Numbered from the stretch's first letter, positions 44,101-57,563 are shown. The stretch: DNA of 64,000 nucleotides from Octopus vulgaris (GCA_951406725.2 OX597821.1:105462001-105526000); one strand, 5' to 3'. Translations and numbers: made by a program. The notes: a model not told the origin generated them from the letters alone.

Positions 44101-45417
44101 AGTATAATTTACATTTCTCTAAAACAAACATAAAAAATAATAATTACGAAAAATTATGGCAAACTATTGCAAATTACATTCATTAAAATATTTCGGGCAT
44201 TGCACAATTTATCTCTATATATTAATATATATATACGTATACATACATACATACATACATATATATACATATATATATACATATACATATGTATATATAC
44301 ACATATATACAGAGTCAGAAGGAGATAAATAATTATGTATTTAGTTACTTTGATGGATAGACAGATATATAGATGGATAGATAGATATATCGATAGATAG
44401 ATAGATAGATAGATAGAAAGATAGATATTTAGATAGATTAATAGACAGATAGATAGAGAGAGAGAGAGAGAGAGAAAGAGTGGCAGACAGCCAGATAGAC
44501 AGACAGATAGTTAGATAGATAGAAGGGTGGATGGGTAGATGAGAGGAGAGATCTAGTACCATTATGAAGACATTATGCAAATTTAATTAATCTTTCAAAA
44601 GGATAGGAGAAATAATTCATTGTGTTTTTAAATACGTTTATGTTTGAATGGTTCATTTTCATCTTGTACACATCAGATTTGTACAAACCCTGATGCCATT
44701 ATGCGATATTTGAACTAAGTTTCACAATAGATTTGCATTTTTTACTTTGATCACATTAATTAACGCGGAAATCATCTGTAGAGTGTAGGTTTGTTAAGGG
44801 AGTACTAGTCCTTATATGACCCCATAAAATATATTTAGACTAAAATTTATAGATTTATATCAATTCAATAGCTGTATCATGTTTCTACACATTCTTAAGT
44901 GCTTTATTCTATAATTTCCTTTAATTCGTTTCATTTAATTATTTTAACTTATTTCAGTTATTAGAAGCAATTACTTGAAAATGACTTCAGTACGTATTCT
45001 GATTGTTAAAGCATGCCTTTGCCGAAATGCACTAAGTGTAGAAAGATTATTCAAATTTCACTTTATTCAAATTTATTATTTCAAGAAATGAATTTGAATA
45101 CAGTGAAGTTAGAATTTTTTATACTCTCCTATATGGGATTCCAAAAATTTTATATATCTAGTGAAATTATTTGGTTCATCTTGATTACCTCCCTTCCATT
45201 ACTTTTTAATATAACTTATAGATTCCTGATATATGTGCTAATTGATAAGATTAAAAAAGTTTTTTTTTTACAGTTAGTAAATATTATGTCTAGCATATGC
45301 TTTTAATTTAACTCATTAATAAAATAAATCACTATATATAAATTAATGGTTGGTCGCGACTAGATTTACATTACCATATTCCTGCTTCTATCTATGTTGA
45401 CTTTGAAATATGCGACA

Positions 45418-46610
<1,193 letters not shown>

Positions 46611-46623
46611 CATATATATATAT

Positions 46624-47353
46624 ATGTTCACCATTAACGTTGAGGGATTTTTTTCGTTTATTTACTACTCCGATTTTGCGTATGTGAATCGCAGGGTTAT
46701 GTCGTATATTGAGCCCCCACTTGTAGAAAATGGAAATAAACCGTCTCTGACTGCCATTTCTAATTATGTCGGTATGCGGCAGAGCAACCTGTTGCCTGCC
46801 CTTTTTACTTATATACTATATATACTGAACTCTACAGAAGTTCCCGGCGCTAAAAGTCACATTTACATACCGAAATCTACCGGTAAATAATTGTTGGTTG
46901 TCTGAAAAACCATCGAAAAAATTATTTACCCCTTTATTATATTACTAATTGGATTTCTTACTCCATTACGACTATCCCGGTGGTGCGCATGGCAGAATTT
47001 TGGAGGGAAAATTTACGGTCTCAATCGTCTACTTAGTTTTAACCTATGCTCACTTTCCCTCCACTATTTGATGACGCCTGGTCAAAGGTGGAGGCTGGTG
47101 GCATTTGATAAATCTAACGAAGACGGTGGTGAAGAAATACTTTAGGCAATTTCTCGCCTACGATCTAGAAACATGTTCACCATTAACGGTAAGGGATTGT
47201 TTTCGTTTATTTACTACTCCAATTTTGCGTATATGGATCGCAGGGATATGTCGTATATGGAGCCCCCACTTGTAGAAAATGGAAATAAACAGTCTCTGAC
47301 TGCCATTTCTAATTCTTTCGGTATGCGGCAGAGCAACCTGTTGCCTGCCCTTT

Positions 47354-47357
<4 letters not shown>
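46624..47357 (+). mobile_element. Non-coding element with about 185-bp terminal direct repeats (46624-46809 / 47173-47357), retrozyme/pLTR-like
   Basis: Direct repeats with period 549 bp, an HHR relic at the start of the second repeat, and (TA)n on both sides. Confidence 0.7.
47125..47181 (+). ncRNA. Degenerate type I hammerhead motif
   Basis: ggtg GTGAAGA ..taggc..gccta.. GAAA catg TT cacc; stem I ggtg/cacc, C3 changed to G, base of stem II mismatched. Confidence 0.55.
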
Positions 47358-47403
<46 letters not shown>

Positions 47404-47419
47404 ATATATGTATATGTAT

Positions 47420-48360
47420 TGCGTTCACATTCCTGTCTTCTACCAAGAAATCTAATGCTTACAGCTTAGTTTTTTTTCTTGGGGCTGGCTGAGTTGGAGC
47501 AAATATCAGAATTGAACAGCCGAAATTTGCTATGATGATTCGGTGTCTGACTGAAGATTGAAGGCTTCGAATGATTTGTCTGTGTTCCGTGTTCGTCCCT
47601 TCCTGTATTTCACGTTCATTATATATAAAAACATTCATTCTTATATTATTGCGGCGTTACGTGCACCCCCCCCCCGTTTGTTTGTCCAATTTTAAACCCT
47701 GCACGACTTCTATACACACTGCCTTTCCTACCCGCCATTGCTTCTTCACCAAACTTTTTGGCGCCCTCCGATTCTTCCCCTCTCTTCCTCCCATCCTCCT
47801 CCCCTCTTCCTCCCATCCTCCTTAATCCCTTCTTTCTCCTTTTCTCTTGGTCACTGATTCTGTCCCCTGCCTTCCACCCTCTTTGATTCCCTCTCTCTCT
47901 GTCTCTCTTTCTCTCTCTCTCCTGCAACCTGCTGCTTCTTAAACCATTCTGTTGGCCATCGTATCTCGACCAACATGTGTCCCCGCTACCGAAACGGTAA
48001 TTATTTCTACGCCAGCTATGTTGTTGTTGTTTTTGTCTCATTTGGTCTAAAGTCGTATGACAACCACCGTTATATATATTTTGTTTATTCATTACTGTTT
48101 TCAATTTCGTTTTCGTCTCTTGTATTTACATCCGTCTTGTGCGTTCACATTCCTGTCTTCTACCAAGAAATCTAATGCTTACAGCTTAGTTTTTTTTCTT
48201 GGGGCTGGCCGAGTTGGAGCAAATATCAGAATTGAACAGCCGAAATTTGCTATGATGATTCGGTGTCTGACTGAAGATTGAAGGCTTCGAATGATTTGTC
48301 TGTGTTCCGTGTTCGTCCCTTCCTGTATTTCACGTTCATTATATATAAAAAACATTCATT

Positions 48361-48367
<7 letters not shown>
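47420..48367 (+). mobile_element. Non-coding element with about 227-bp near-identical terminal direct repeats (47420-47646 / 48140-48367)
   Basis: Period 720 bp; the repeats differ by about 2 nt; flanked by (TA)n; a diverged relative lies at about 63270-63490. Orientation is inferred. Confidence 0.75.
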
Positions 48368-48434
<67 letters not shown>

Positions 48435-48459
48435 CGCGTGGAGGAACGCAGACACACAA

Positions 48460-48541
<82 letters not shown>

Positions 48542-49559
48542 AAATATCTCTTAATATTTGCCAATTCTTCAATAAATGTCACATATTTTTAAGCAACAGT
48601 ATATCAATTAAATCAACAGTTTCAATTTAGCTAAATCGCAAATTGTATCCAGATTCATCTTTTCCTCTCTTCCTAATAACGATCTAATAAGTGCATCAAA
48701 TAACTGTATTGTTGAAGATGACATTGATATCGATCAATATCCATCTAGTCAACAGTAGTTAACTTTGAAACTGACTGCGTACAATGTCATTATGAAAGAC
48801 GCGTCAATTAAACGTTAATAATTACTCCGGAGTGAATGGGTTCATTAGTAAAATGACATCATGAGTAGAACACAATGTCCGTTTCAATAATTTACTTGTA
48901 AACAACGTGCGCAAGAAGTGAGTTCCTTATCTGATTTATTATATAATAATTTGACTTGAAGCTTAAATTTAGTAAAATGTGAGATTTTATACTGTTTCAA
49001 AGACATGACGTGAATTTTGATCATGGTTTGTCAAATGATATTTTGTCCTATGAACTTACGAGATATCGTTACGACGGCTAAAGTGGACCATCTCTTCTAC
49101 ATATAATATCCATATAGTAAAAACCTCATTGATGAGTGAGTACCATTGCTTAATAAATATGATGCAGAACATTACAAAATCCAGGTTTTCCTCTAGAGCT
49201 ACTGCAAATGGAAATGATCATCTGAATACTTAGTTAAGTCACTCATAGTTCCCTATGAGTCGAGTACTATCAATGATTGAGTTGCTATCATTTCTTTCAA
49301 GTCTGATCGTTACAATAATACACACACACACACATACACATACGCACACACACATGGCTGTAAAAGTAGTTCCCGTCTGTAAGGGAGACTCAAAGTTTAG
49401 TGTCCATTTAAAGGTCTTAGAAAAGATAATGATCCTGGCAAAATGGGTGTGAATCTGAGAGGGGAATATGTTGAATAATATGATAATTAACTGATCCGAC
49501 TTTATTTCTTTTTACTCAAATCTATAAATGTTTCAGCAATTCTCGTATGTATATCTGGT

Positions 49560-50240
49560 GAACCGCAACGATACTCCCATGTCCAAGGCCCAGAACATTA
49601 CAGTGACATCACTGAGAAAAACCAAACAACAAAATAAAAAGGAAAGAACAGATAGGCATTTTGCCGTCACTCACAATGCAAGGAACTTCAATTTTTTGTG
49701 AAAGCCGCCAAGCAATTTTCGAATTCTCCAGTGATTCCCCCAAAATCAATGCACTCATAAAAGTCTCACAAACGATATATAGTAGAAGTCAAGCACTCAA
49801 TCTAAAGAACTGCTCACCGAGGCGAAACTTACGTCTAACATTAAAAGAATGTAAGTTAAGAAATGCAGTGACCCTCGATGAGGAACGTGAGAATACATTT
49901 AAGAGAGTGGCCAAATCTCCTTTAAAAGCAATGACATTTTCTAAGTTAATGCAAACATGAGTTGCAAAATAAAAATCTGATTTTACTGCCCACAATGTAA
50001 AGAATAATACTTTAGTAAAAAAGGAACGAGCCAACAGGATAGAGTTCGGATGCATAAACAACAAATTAGAGACACCCTGCAAGAAACTCCACTTTTAGTG
50101 AACACTTCGCATCATGCAGACAGGGAAAACTCACAATCTTCCCCTTCTTCAAGTTATGGTCGGACAACGAACATTTCCGGAAATATAGGGGATAATTTTT
50201 TCTTAGAAAGTACAAACAAGTACTCAACACAAAGAAGGAT
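49560..50240 (+). pseudogene. Decayed PLE linker / Cys knuckle / GIY-YIG endonuclease fragment
   Basis: Frameshifted VTHNARN..SRSQALNLK-LLTEAKL..VKKCSDPR*GT*EYI..VNANMSCK, and RVRMHKQQIRD..SEHFASC..IFPFFKL..R..FFLRKYKQVLN. Confidence 0.78.
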
Positions 50241-50470
50241 TTTCCGCCCCAACCACCCCCAATAACGGGATTCTTTTTTGTTTCTAAAAAAGATGCGTAT
50301 ATCCAATTGTTAGTGAATGACACCCACACTTTCAATCATTCGATAGCTGAAGAGAAGAACAACTCTAGGAGGTACAATACAATTTCACTAATCCTTCTCC
50401 CCATAAATGTATATATAAACTTAAATACTTGAGTAGTGTATACATATCTGTGCGTGTACTTATGCATGTG

Positions 50471-50512
<42 letters not shown>

Positions 50513-50570
50513 AGTCTGAATGCGTGTATAAATATATGGGTACCTATGAACTAGAAAATATATATGTACG

Positions 50571-50609
<39 letters not shown>

Positions 50610-50818
50610 GTGAAATAGAAAGATGAATAATCTTGTAGTAGATTAATCAAAAGTTTAACCGATACCTTAGTAGCAAAAATCACAGCAGTAAAACAGCACG
50701 GTTGGAGGTACAACCATATGGTGTTGCAACCGTGCGTTGGTGCGGATAATTGAAATTAGAACATTATTGGTGAATTGAAGAAATGGAGCTGAACGCAGAT
50801 TGAACAGAAATCGTTTTA

Positions 50819-50907
50819 TTTCATTCTACACGTGTTTCGAAAGGCACAAATTACCAAAATCCGATGGAATAATGGGACCATATTGTGTCTTTCTCTTCAG
50901 GAAGAAA
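50819..50907 (-). ncRNA. Type I hammerhead ribozyme (sense to the PLE ORF, 3' region)
   Basis: tttcttc CTGAAGA gaaagacacaa..ttgtgcctttc GAAA cacgtg TA gaatgaaa; intact core, 10/11-bp stem II, palindromic stem III. Confidence 0.85.
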
Positions 50908-51493
50908 ATAGGAAATCCGTTGAAAAAACAAAAACAGAACAGAGGCGGAGCAAAAACAAATCGAACTATGCTCCTAAGAGCCCATGGCGAAACTGTTTAT
51001 CAGTGTATGTTGAGAACCGGTGGCTGAAGAATTCAACGGGTCAGGCATCGGTCAATCATGTGGGTGAGGGGGCGTAGATGTTCTTTGTGACCGAGAATAA
51101 AGTTCTGACTATTTAAGGAATATTGGATGTTTTATAAGGGGCGAGAAAAATCTACTTAGAGACGTGTGTGTGTGTATACTGTTCTATATACGTGTGTGTT
51201 GGCGTAGGGGTAGAAAACATTTTTTGTGTACGTGTGTGCGTTTGATCGTTCGGCTGTCAGTGGCTACTGCCGTGATGACCGTTGGGTGGCAGAAAAAAAT
51301 ATACATCATGTTTTATGTGTGTGTGTGTTCTCATCTAAACCTGCCTTGTCAAGGAAACCCCCCGCTGTGAAAAAACCAAGCCCCGTTTGTCTTACAGGAG
51401 TAATTCCCCTTGCAGTGGTTAATCGTAGATATCTTAAAGGCTATTTCAGAATTTGTTACCAAGGGTTATGGGTGCCGGTATTATTTATAAACG

Positions 51494-52711
51494 CTATTTA
51501 AAAGCCAGATAAGTGTAACGCCGCCAATGGGGGCATCGAAAAGCCGACTGTAAAAGCCCGTTTACCATCCGGCCTCTGGCAAACAAAATATGGAAGAGTT
51601 CGGAGACACAAAGGTTGCACTGCCTTCTGCCCCTATCAAATGGGAGGGCCACCGACAAAATTGACCATTCCAGCCTGTAGCTTAAGTTCGTATCCTTCAG
51701 TCGCCATATTAGCTTACTGAGTCCCGTGGTCTGGCGCTTGTTCATGTCCCGAAAAGTTGCGTAATGGTTGGAGACACGCAAAGACAATCTCGAGGATGAG
51801 GCCCCTACATAAGTGAAGACATCTGAGTCCGTGTAAACCTTGCATTGGTAGACGGCGTTTTTGATCTTGGAGTTCGCCGACGTGAATCTAATTCTGCTAG
51901 GATTAGTTTCTGAAATTAGAACTGCGTTCCTGTCACTATATTCGTTCCGAGACCTGCAGCCGCTTACTACTCTATTTTCCACTACGTCACTATTAACTAT
52001 AGGAATAACCCCTGATTCTCCACTATCTATCAAAGTGCTGTCATTGCTACTGCCCGTGGTGCTGCTATTGCGGGAAATGATGCTGGGGATGCTATTGGGG
52101 CTCACTACCCTACTCCCATTGTTACCGTCAACCACAACACCCCTATTTATAACTATACCCCTAGTGGGTACTCCCTGGCTGGAGCTGAGATTATGTGTCA
52201 CTGTACTGGCTCTCATATCATTATTACTACTATAATTATTCCTACTGAGCATTAAACCGGGAGCGGAAGAGGCTGTGCCTCCGGAAAAAGGTGATAGGGT
52301 CTTAGTAAGTAGCCTATTATTATGGGAGGCGATTATCTGGGCGAGGTTTTTAGTGTTGGAGAAAGCTATCCTAACTTTATGCGAGTTAACCGTGGAGTAA
52401 TATTTGGAATTTCTGGGGAAGTTATTGGCGATGGCTTGTCTAAACATGAGGGGGAGGTTAGTTCTAATCTGCTTACCAAAGGGGATTACAAACCATATAT
52501 GCTTATTCCTATCAGTGTGATGGATCGGGACGCCAGCTCTCGCATTCGGGTGGGTGATTCTCGGATGAATGACGGGTCTTGGGTTAGTGTAAGACCTCCC
52601 GGACCGATAATTATCCTTGTTCGCTAAATTAAATGCGGGAGCGACTACCCCGGCATCCACCGCGCTCCCGTCCTTACTTAAAATGTTAATGTTATTATAT
52701 ACGGCCATATA
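51494..52711 (-). CDS. PLE ORF C-terminal part: linker plus GIY-YIG endonuclease (5'-truncated, no RT)
   Basis: Open frame of about 405 codons. Linker IWFVIPF..NFP..KVRIAFSN..NLAQIIASHN; endonuclease AVYQCKV..YVG..R..NH..F..LSKLIWRLK..WSIL..CNLCVSE..VN..RCPH. The first about 59 aa of the 464-aa ORF call come from the inverted repeat. Confidence 0.88.
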   Translation of the reverse strand, partial: YMAVYNNINILSKDGSAVDAGVVAPAFNLANKDNYRSGRSYTNPRPVIHPRITHPNARAGVPIHHTDRNKHIWFVIPFGKQIRTNLPLMFRQAIANNFPRNSKYYSTVNSHKVRIAFSNTKNLAQIIASHNNRLLTKTLSPFSGGTASSAPGLMLSRNNYSSNNDMRASTVTHNLSSSQGVPTRGIVINRGVVVDGNNGSRVVSPNSIPSIISRNSSTTGSSNDSTLIDSGESGVIPIVNSDVVENRVVSGCRSRNEYSDRNAVLISETNPSRIRFTSANSKIKNAVYQCKVYTDSDVFTYVGASSSRLSLRVSNHYATFRDMNKRQTTGLSKLIWRLKDTNLSYRLEWSILSVALPFDRGRRQCNLCVSELFHILFARGRMVNGLLQSAFRCPHWRRYTYLAFK

Positions 52712-52780
52712 TAGGAGCATAGTTCGATTTGTTTTTGCTCCGCCTCTGTTCTGTTTTTGTTTTTCCAACGGATTTCCTAT

Positions 52781-52869
52781 TTTCTTCCTGAAGAGAAAGA
52801 CACAATATGGTCCCATTATTCCATCGGATTTTGGTAATTTGTGCCTTTCGAAACACGTGTAGAATGAAA
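52781..52869 (+). ncRNA. Type I hammerhead ribozyme (inverted copy)
   Basis: Same sequence as 50819-50907 on the opposite strand: CTGAAGA 52788-52794, GAAA 52850-52853, predicted cleavage after GTA at 52861. Confidence 0.85.
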
Positions 52870-52926
52870 TAAAACGATTTCTGTTCAATCTGCGTTCAGC
52901 TCCATTTCTTCAATTCACCAATAATG

Positions 52927-52969
<43 letters not shown>

Positions 52970-53629
52970 TATATATAAATGGAACAAGAACAAGACCGCA
53001 ACAGGCGACAATAAAATATGCAGCCAGATAGTCGATAGAAAGACGGACAGGAAAAAATAAAACAGAAAGACAGACAGGAAAAAACAAGCCTGCTCTCTTT
53101 AGTAAACTTTCCAGGTACTATGCTTACAGTTTCGGCCAGTTATACTTAAGATTCTTCAAAAGTTTCAACGAAAAGCATTAAATATCTTGTGAGTAAGAAA
53201 GCGAATGTTTACGAAAACAAAAAGACAAAAAAAGGACAAGAAACGAAGAAAATGTCACACAATTACAAATACAAGCAACAGGAAAATAACATCAGGTGCC
53301 TTTCGACTAATAGCGACGAATAACGTTGAGCTGACATGTGTAGAGTGAAAGCTTTGAGGTAGAAATATAGGAGATGAACATTAGATATACACAACCGGTT
53401 GAACTCTCTGACGTGTAACCGACCGAAATTCTAAGTTTAATCTGGAAACTTGACTTAGTAGAGAAGCCTGCGAATGACCCATCCTTGTTTCTCTGCCCGC
53501 TTTTTTTGTTGTTTTAATGCTTTATTATCGTCTGTTGCGATTTTCTTCTACTTTTCCTGTGTTTATATATACATATAGCCGAGTACATATACTTTTGCTC
53601 GCCTTGTGACCAAGTAAGTTAGTAAGTAA

Positions 53630-53667
<38 letters not shown>

Positions 53668-54507
53668 TGTATATCAAAGAAATAATTAACATTCTTTTGC
53701 ATAAGGTACTTAAATTGAGGCACGAAGCCAGTATGGTACAGTACCTAAATTTAATTATACGTGCATAATTGAATAATTTTAGCATTACCATCTAAAGAAT
53801 ATGTTTGGAAAAGGCCTTATGAGCTTTCTCTTATTTAAAGGGTTAGGTTGATTTATCTATCCTTGCCTTCTTTTACATAGTTTGGGAATCCTTTTCTAAA
53901 TTTTTAACATATACATTTTGTTAAGTTCGGATATATCTTGTCACTCTCTCTCCTAATTCCCACACTTAGAAAACATTTTGACCCCTTTTGTTTTCTAAAT
54001 TATGCCCCTTTTATTTGATAATCATAATATGTTTAGCCACGGCTGTCCTTCCTCTTTCTGTTTAGTACTGCTTCTCTATCTATCTTTATTTTACTTGCAA
54101 CTCTGAGACTCATCTCATTTTTATGTACATAAGGACTGGATATGTGTTACCAGTAATAAAGCGGCCGGGGAGAGTATCTGACATTAATTAATTTATCACC
54201 ACCACGAACTTAACTGTCAAATGGGTTTAATTCTAAGGGCTTGTATACAACATGCTGCATTAAATCTTTTCAAGGTGATAAAGATAAGCATAAATGTAGC
54301 TATATCACCATTCTTCTTTCTTGAGGCCATTTGTTTTACTCTGCCACTCTAAATTATAGCAGGCTTTAGGCATACATTTTGTCCATAAGTTCAGTCTGCC
54401 ACAAAAATATCAAAAGGAAACTTTGTAATTATTTTAGTCTCTTGTACTGACGAAAATCTGCTAAGAAATATGGCTTATCGTGTATGTTGGAAATCTATAA
54501 GCTCGTC

Positions 54508-54594
54508 CAGTTCCGAGGAGAGCAATTGCGTTCAAATTGATGTGGCGTTTTCATTGATCAGTTAGATGGATCCGCTTGAAACGGCCGTAATGCA
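54508..54594 (+). ncRNA. Degenerate hammerhead motif, same family as 58003
   Basis: CCGAGGA gagc...gctt GAAA cggccg TA atgca; the stem II insert (ATTGATGT..TTTTCATTGATC) is shared with 58003-58089. Confidence 0.5.
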
Positions 54595-54729
54595 CTGAAC
54601 CTGTTACATATCTGCTTGTTATTTATTTGCTTTATGTACACATTTACTCACACACACATGCAGACACACATACATATATATATAGGAATAGATCACATGG
54701 GATATAATAAATAATAGTTTTACGCCACT

Positions 54730-55735
54730 AACACGCAAATAGTGAGCGGTGTTCCGCAAGGCACTGTTCTGGGACCACTACTGTTCATAATGACCCTCTC
54801 AGACATGCCCTCAGCCACGCAGAGAGCCACGATCACAAGTTATGCAGATGATACAAAAGTTTCACAGGAAATATAGAACCCTGAAGACACTAAGCACCAG
54901 CAATGTGAGCTGGACAAAATATACAAGTGGGCTGAAAAGAATAGCATGCAGTTCAATGCTGAAAAGTTTCAAGCTTTATACTATCAGCATGCAAAACTGA
55001 ATGCAATACCCAATGAATACACTGGACCCGGAGGGATTGCAATCCCAGAGGCACAATCAGTGCGTGACCTGGGTTTTTGCATGAGTGATGATGCAAACTT
55101 TCATGTGCATGTTGCTAAATTGGTAATGAAATAGGCGGCTGACCGGATGGATTCTTAGAACCTTTAGAACAAGAGACCAGGAAACCATGATGGTCCTCTG
55201 GAGGACACTTGTCCTAAGCCACTTTGACTATTGCTCTCAGCTATGGTCACCATCCAGTGTCAAGTTAATCACAGAACTCGAGGCGATCCAACGAATCTAC
55301 ACGAAGAAGATAGCCTCTATGCAGCATATAACCTATTGGGAAAGACTCAAGAGATTGACACTCTATTCCTTAGAGTGTAGCCGAGAAAGATATGCCATAA
55401 TATACATCTGGAAGATCCTAGAAGGAGTTGTCCCAAACTTTGGCATCGAGAGTTACACAAATGCCAGAACTGGGCGCCACTTTATAGTGCCAAGGACTCC
55501 AAATTTGCCATCAAGAAGTAGGACAAGATACTATGATAGCTTGGGCTTCCGAGGCCCACATCTCTTCAATATCCTCCCGAAGAACCTGAGAGACCTGCAT
55601 GGGGTGGATGCAGATGACTTTCAAATGAAACTGGATCTCTTCTTGTCAGGTGTCCCAGATGAACCAACTTCACGACAGGAGGTGCAGATGAGGGCAGCTG
55701 CTTCGAACTCTCTCATGCACCAGATGGCATTTGCT
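54730..55735 (+). mobile_element. CR1/L2-group LINE ORF2 fragment (RT domain plus C-terminus), pseudogenised
   Basis: SGVPQGTVLGPLLF, SYADDTKV, WAEKNSMQFNAEKFQ, VRDLG, DYCSQLWSP motifs, with in-frame stops. Confidence 0.92.
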
Positions 55736-55830
55736 AATCCAAACAAGAAAGCACAAAAACACACAACAACGCGAGGACGTGGAACAAATATAGTATTATT
55801 GGACGCTCAGGAAAGAAGGAAAGAAGGTGG

Positions 55831-55865
55831 GTCTAAGGTTTCGAGCGGAGCTTTTCGTCGGAAAC
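55831..55865 (-). ncRNA. Degenerate minimal hammerhead-like motif
   Basis: gttt CCGACGA a aagc tcc gctc GAAA cc TT agac. Confidence 0.4.
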
Positions 55866-56019
55866 AGAGGAAAAAAATCGCCAACGGTACACACGGGGTC
55901 ACATTTTGAAAGACCGGAAAGAAAAGAGTGAAGAAAGATGTTTTCAAAGACAGAAGAGTAGTATTGTCAAAGACAGCAGAATGGTAGGAGGGGGAATGTG
56001 AGTGTAAATGTGGATATGT

Positions 56020-56815
56020 GCGTGCGTGGAGGTCTGCGTGTGCGTGTGTGTGTGTATATGTGCAATGATGACACGTATGTGTGTGTGTGTGCGTGAGTGT
56101 GTGCATGTGTGTGTGGTTGTAGCTGTAAACAATCAAGGGCTTGTAGAAAGGCTGGATAGTTTTTAAGGCTAGTAGAATAAGGAGTGGTGTTTTTGTCCCT
56201 GCCACAGGTCAGTCCTGTTACTTTGAAGTATGTGTGTGTACGTGTATGTATATGTATCGTGTTTGTGTTTTGTTTGTAGTGCGTGTGTATGTGTATGTAT
56301 GTGTGTGTTTGTGTGTGTGGCGAATAACTGTGCTATACTTAGTGTATGTGTGCGTGTGTGCTTGTACGTGCGTATGTGTGTATATAAGTATGTATAATTG
56401 TGTGCGTGTATGTATAATTGTGTGCCGTGTGTATAGGATGTATATGTGGGTTCATCTGCGTGTGTGTGTATGTATGTGCGTGCGTGTCGTATGTGCGTGT
56501 AGTTGTGTGTGCATGTACGTGTGCGTTTGTATGTGTTTGTGTGTGTAAGCGTATATGGATGTATATGCGTGTATCCCTGGGGTTGTGAGTTTTGGGTGTG
56601 TGCATTGGTGTGCGTGTGTGCGTGCGTATGTGTGCGCATGTTTATGTGTGCGTATGTGCGTGTGTATGTCCGTGCCTACATGTGTATACGTATGTGTATG
56701 TGTGTGTGTGCGTGTAAGCATAAGCGAGTATATATGTATGCGTGTATGTACTGTATATATATGTATATGTATGTATATATGTATGAATATATATATGTGT
56801 ATATATGTATATATA
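56020..56815. repeat. Degenerate (GT)n/(GTAT)n low-complexity tract
   Basis: Direct reading; source of the His/Thr and Cys/Val pseudo-ORFs. Confidence 0.92.
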
Positions 56816-57509
56816 CTTTTTGTATGTTTATATCTAGGGACAGAAATATGTGAGCTAGCATGATCTCCCAAACATTCCCTCCCAAACTAAAAAAATTACA
56901 TTTCTATCAACAAACATTCCAAAACTAACCATATTGTGTTCCTCTCTGCTACCAAACCCTTTCTTATTAAAAGACATGTATCTTACACCTCATTAACACC
57001 CACCCCCATACACAGACATAAACTCATCTTTAACATAGAAAATTACTGAAACTACAAAATAAAATAGTTGATATAAAAGAACTTGAACAAGTTCTGACCA
57101 TTATATTTTCACAAAAGTCAACTTTTCAAATGGAACTAACAGGAGAGTACTTTCACACATCCTTCTTAAAACAATCCTGAAACACCCCGCTACCTATTTT
57201 CTTTCAGTTCATGCTCATTAACATTCATTCCTTCCCACATGTATCAATATACCCTAACCCCCACCCCACCCCAGACACACCCAAATTTCTTATTTATAGA
57301 ATCATACAGTACAACACAACCTGAGATCATTTGACATAGGCCACTGACGAATGCAAGAAAGTTGTCTAGAAATGTTAACAAGGAATTATTAAAGAATTTG
57401 CCCACCGAAATTATCAAATTACTTATTAGGTTTACAAACCAAGCTGTGAAATTTATTACAAACTGAAATTCATTAGAACTATCAGACAAGTCAGTCTTCT
57501 CCTTTTTTC

Positions 57510-57563
<54 letters not shown>

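Larger units (their letters stand above)
50607..52928 (-). mobile_element. Young 5'-truncated Penelope-like retroelement with an inverted copy of its 3' region at the 5' junction
   Basis: GIY-YIG ORF, a 217-bp inverted repeat 50760-50976 / 52712-52928 (1 mismatch seen), an HHR in each arm, and (TA)n on both flanks. Confidence 0.9.

Noticed and set aside
52712-52888. N-terminal 59 aa of the 464-aa ORF and the near-identical 75-aa ORF at 50800-51027
   Set aside because: Antisense reading of the HHR-bearing inverted repeat, fortuitously in frame; not a real N-terminus or a separate gene.
57340-57370. CTGACGA..GAAA near 57344 (similar cases at 54447, 22146 and 50347)
   Set aside because: Stems I and II do not pair; chance or too decayed to call.
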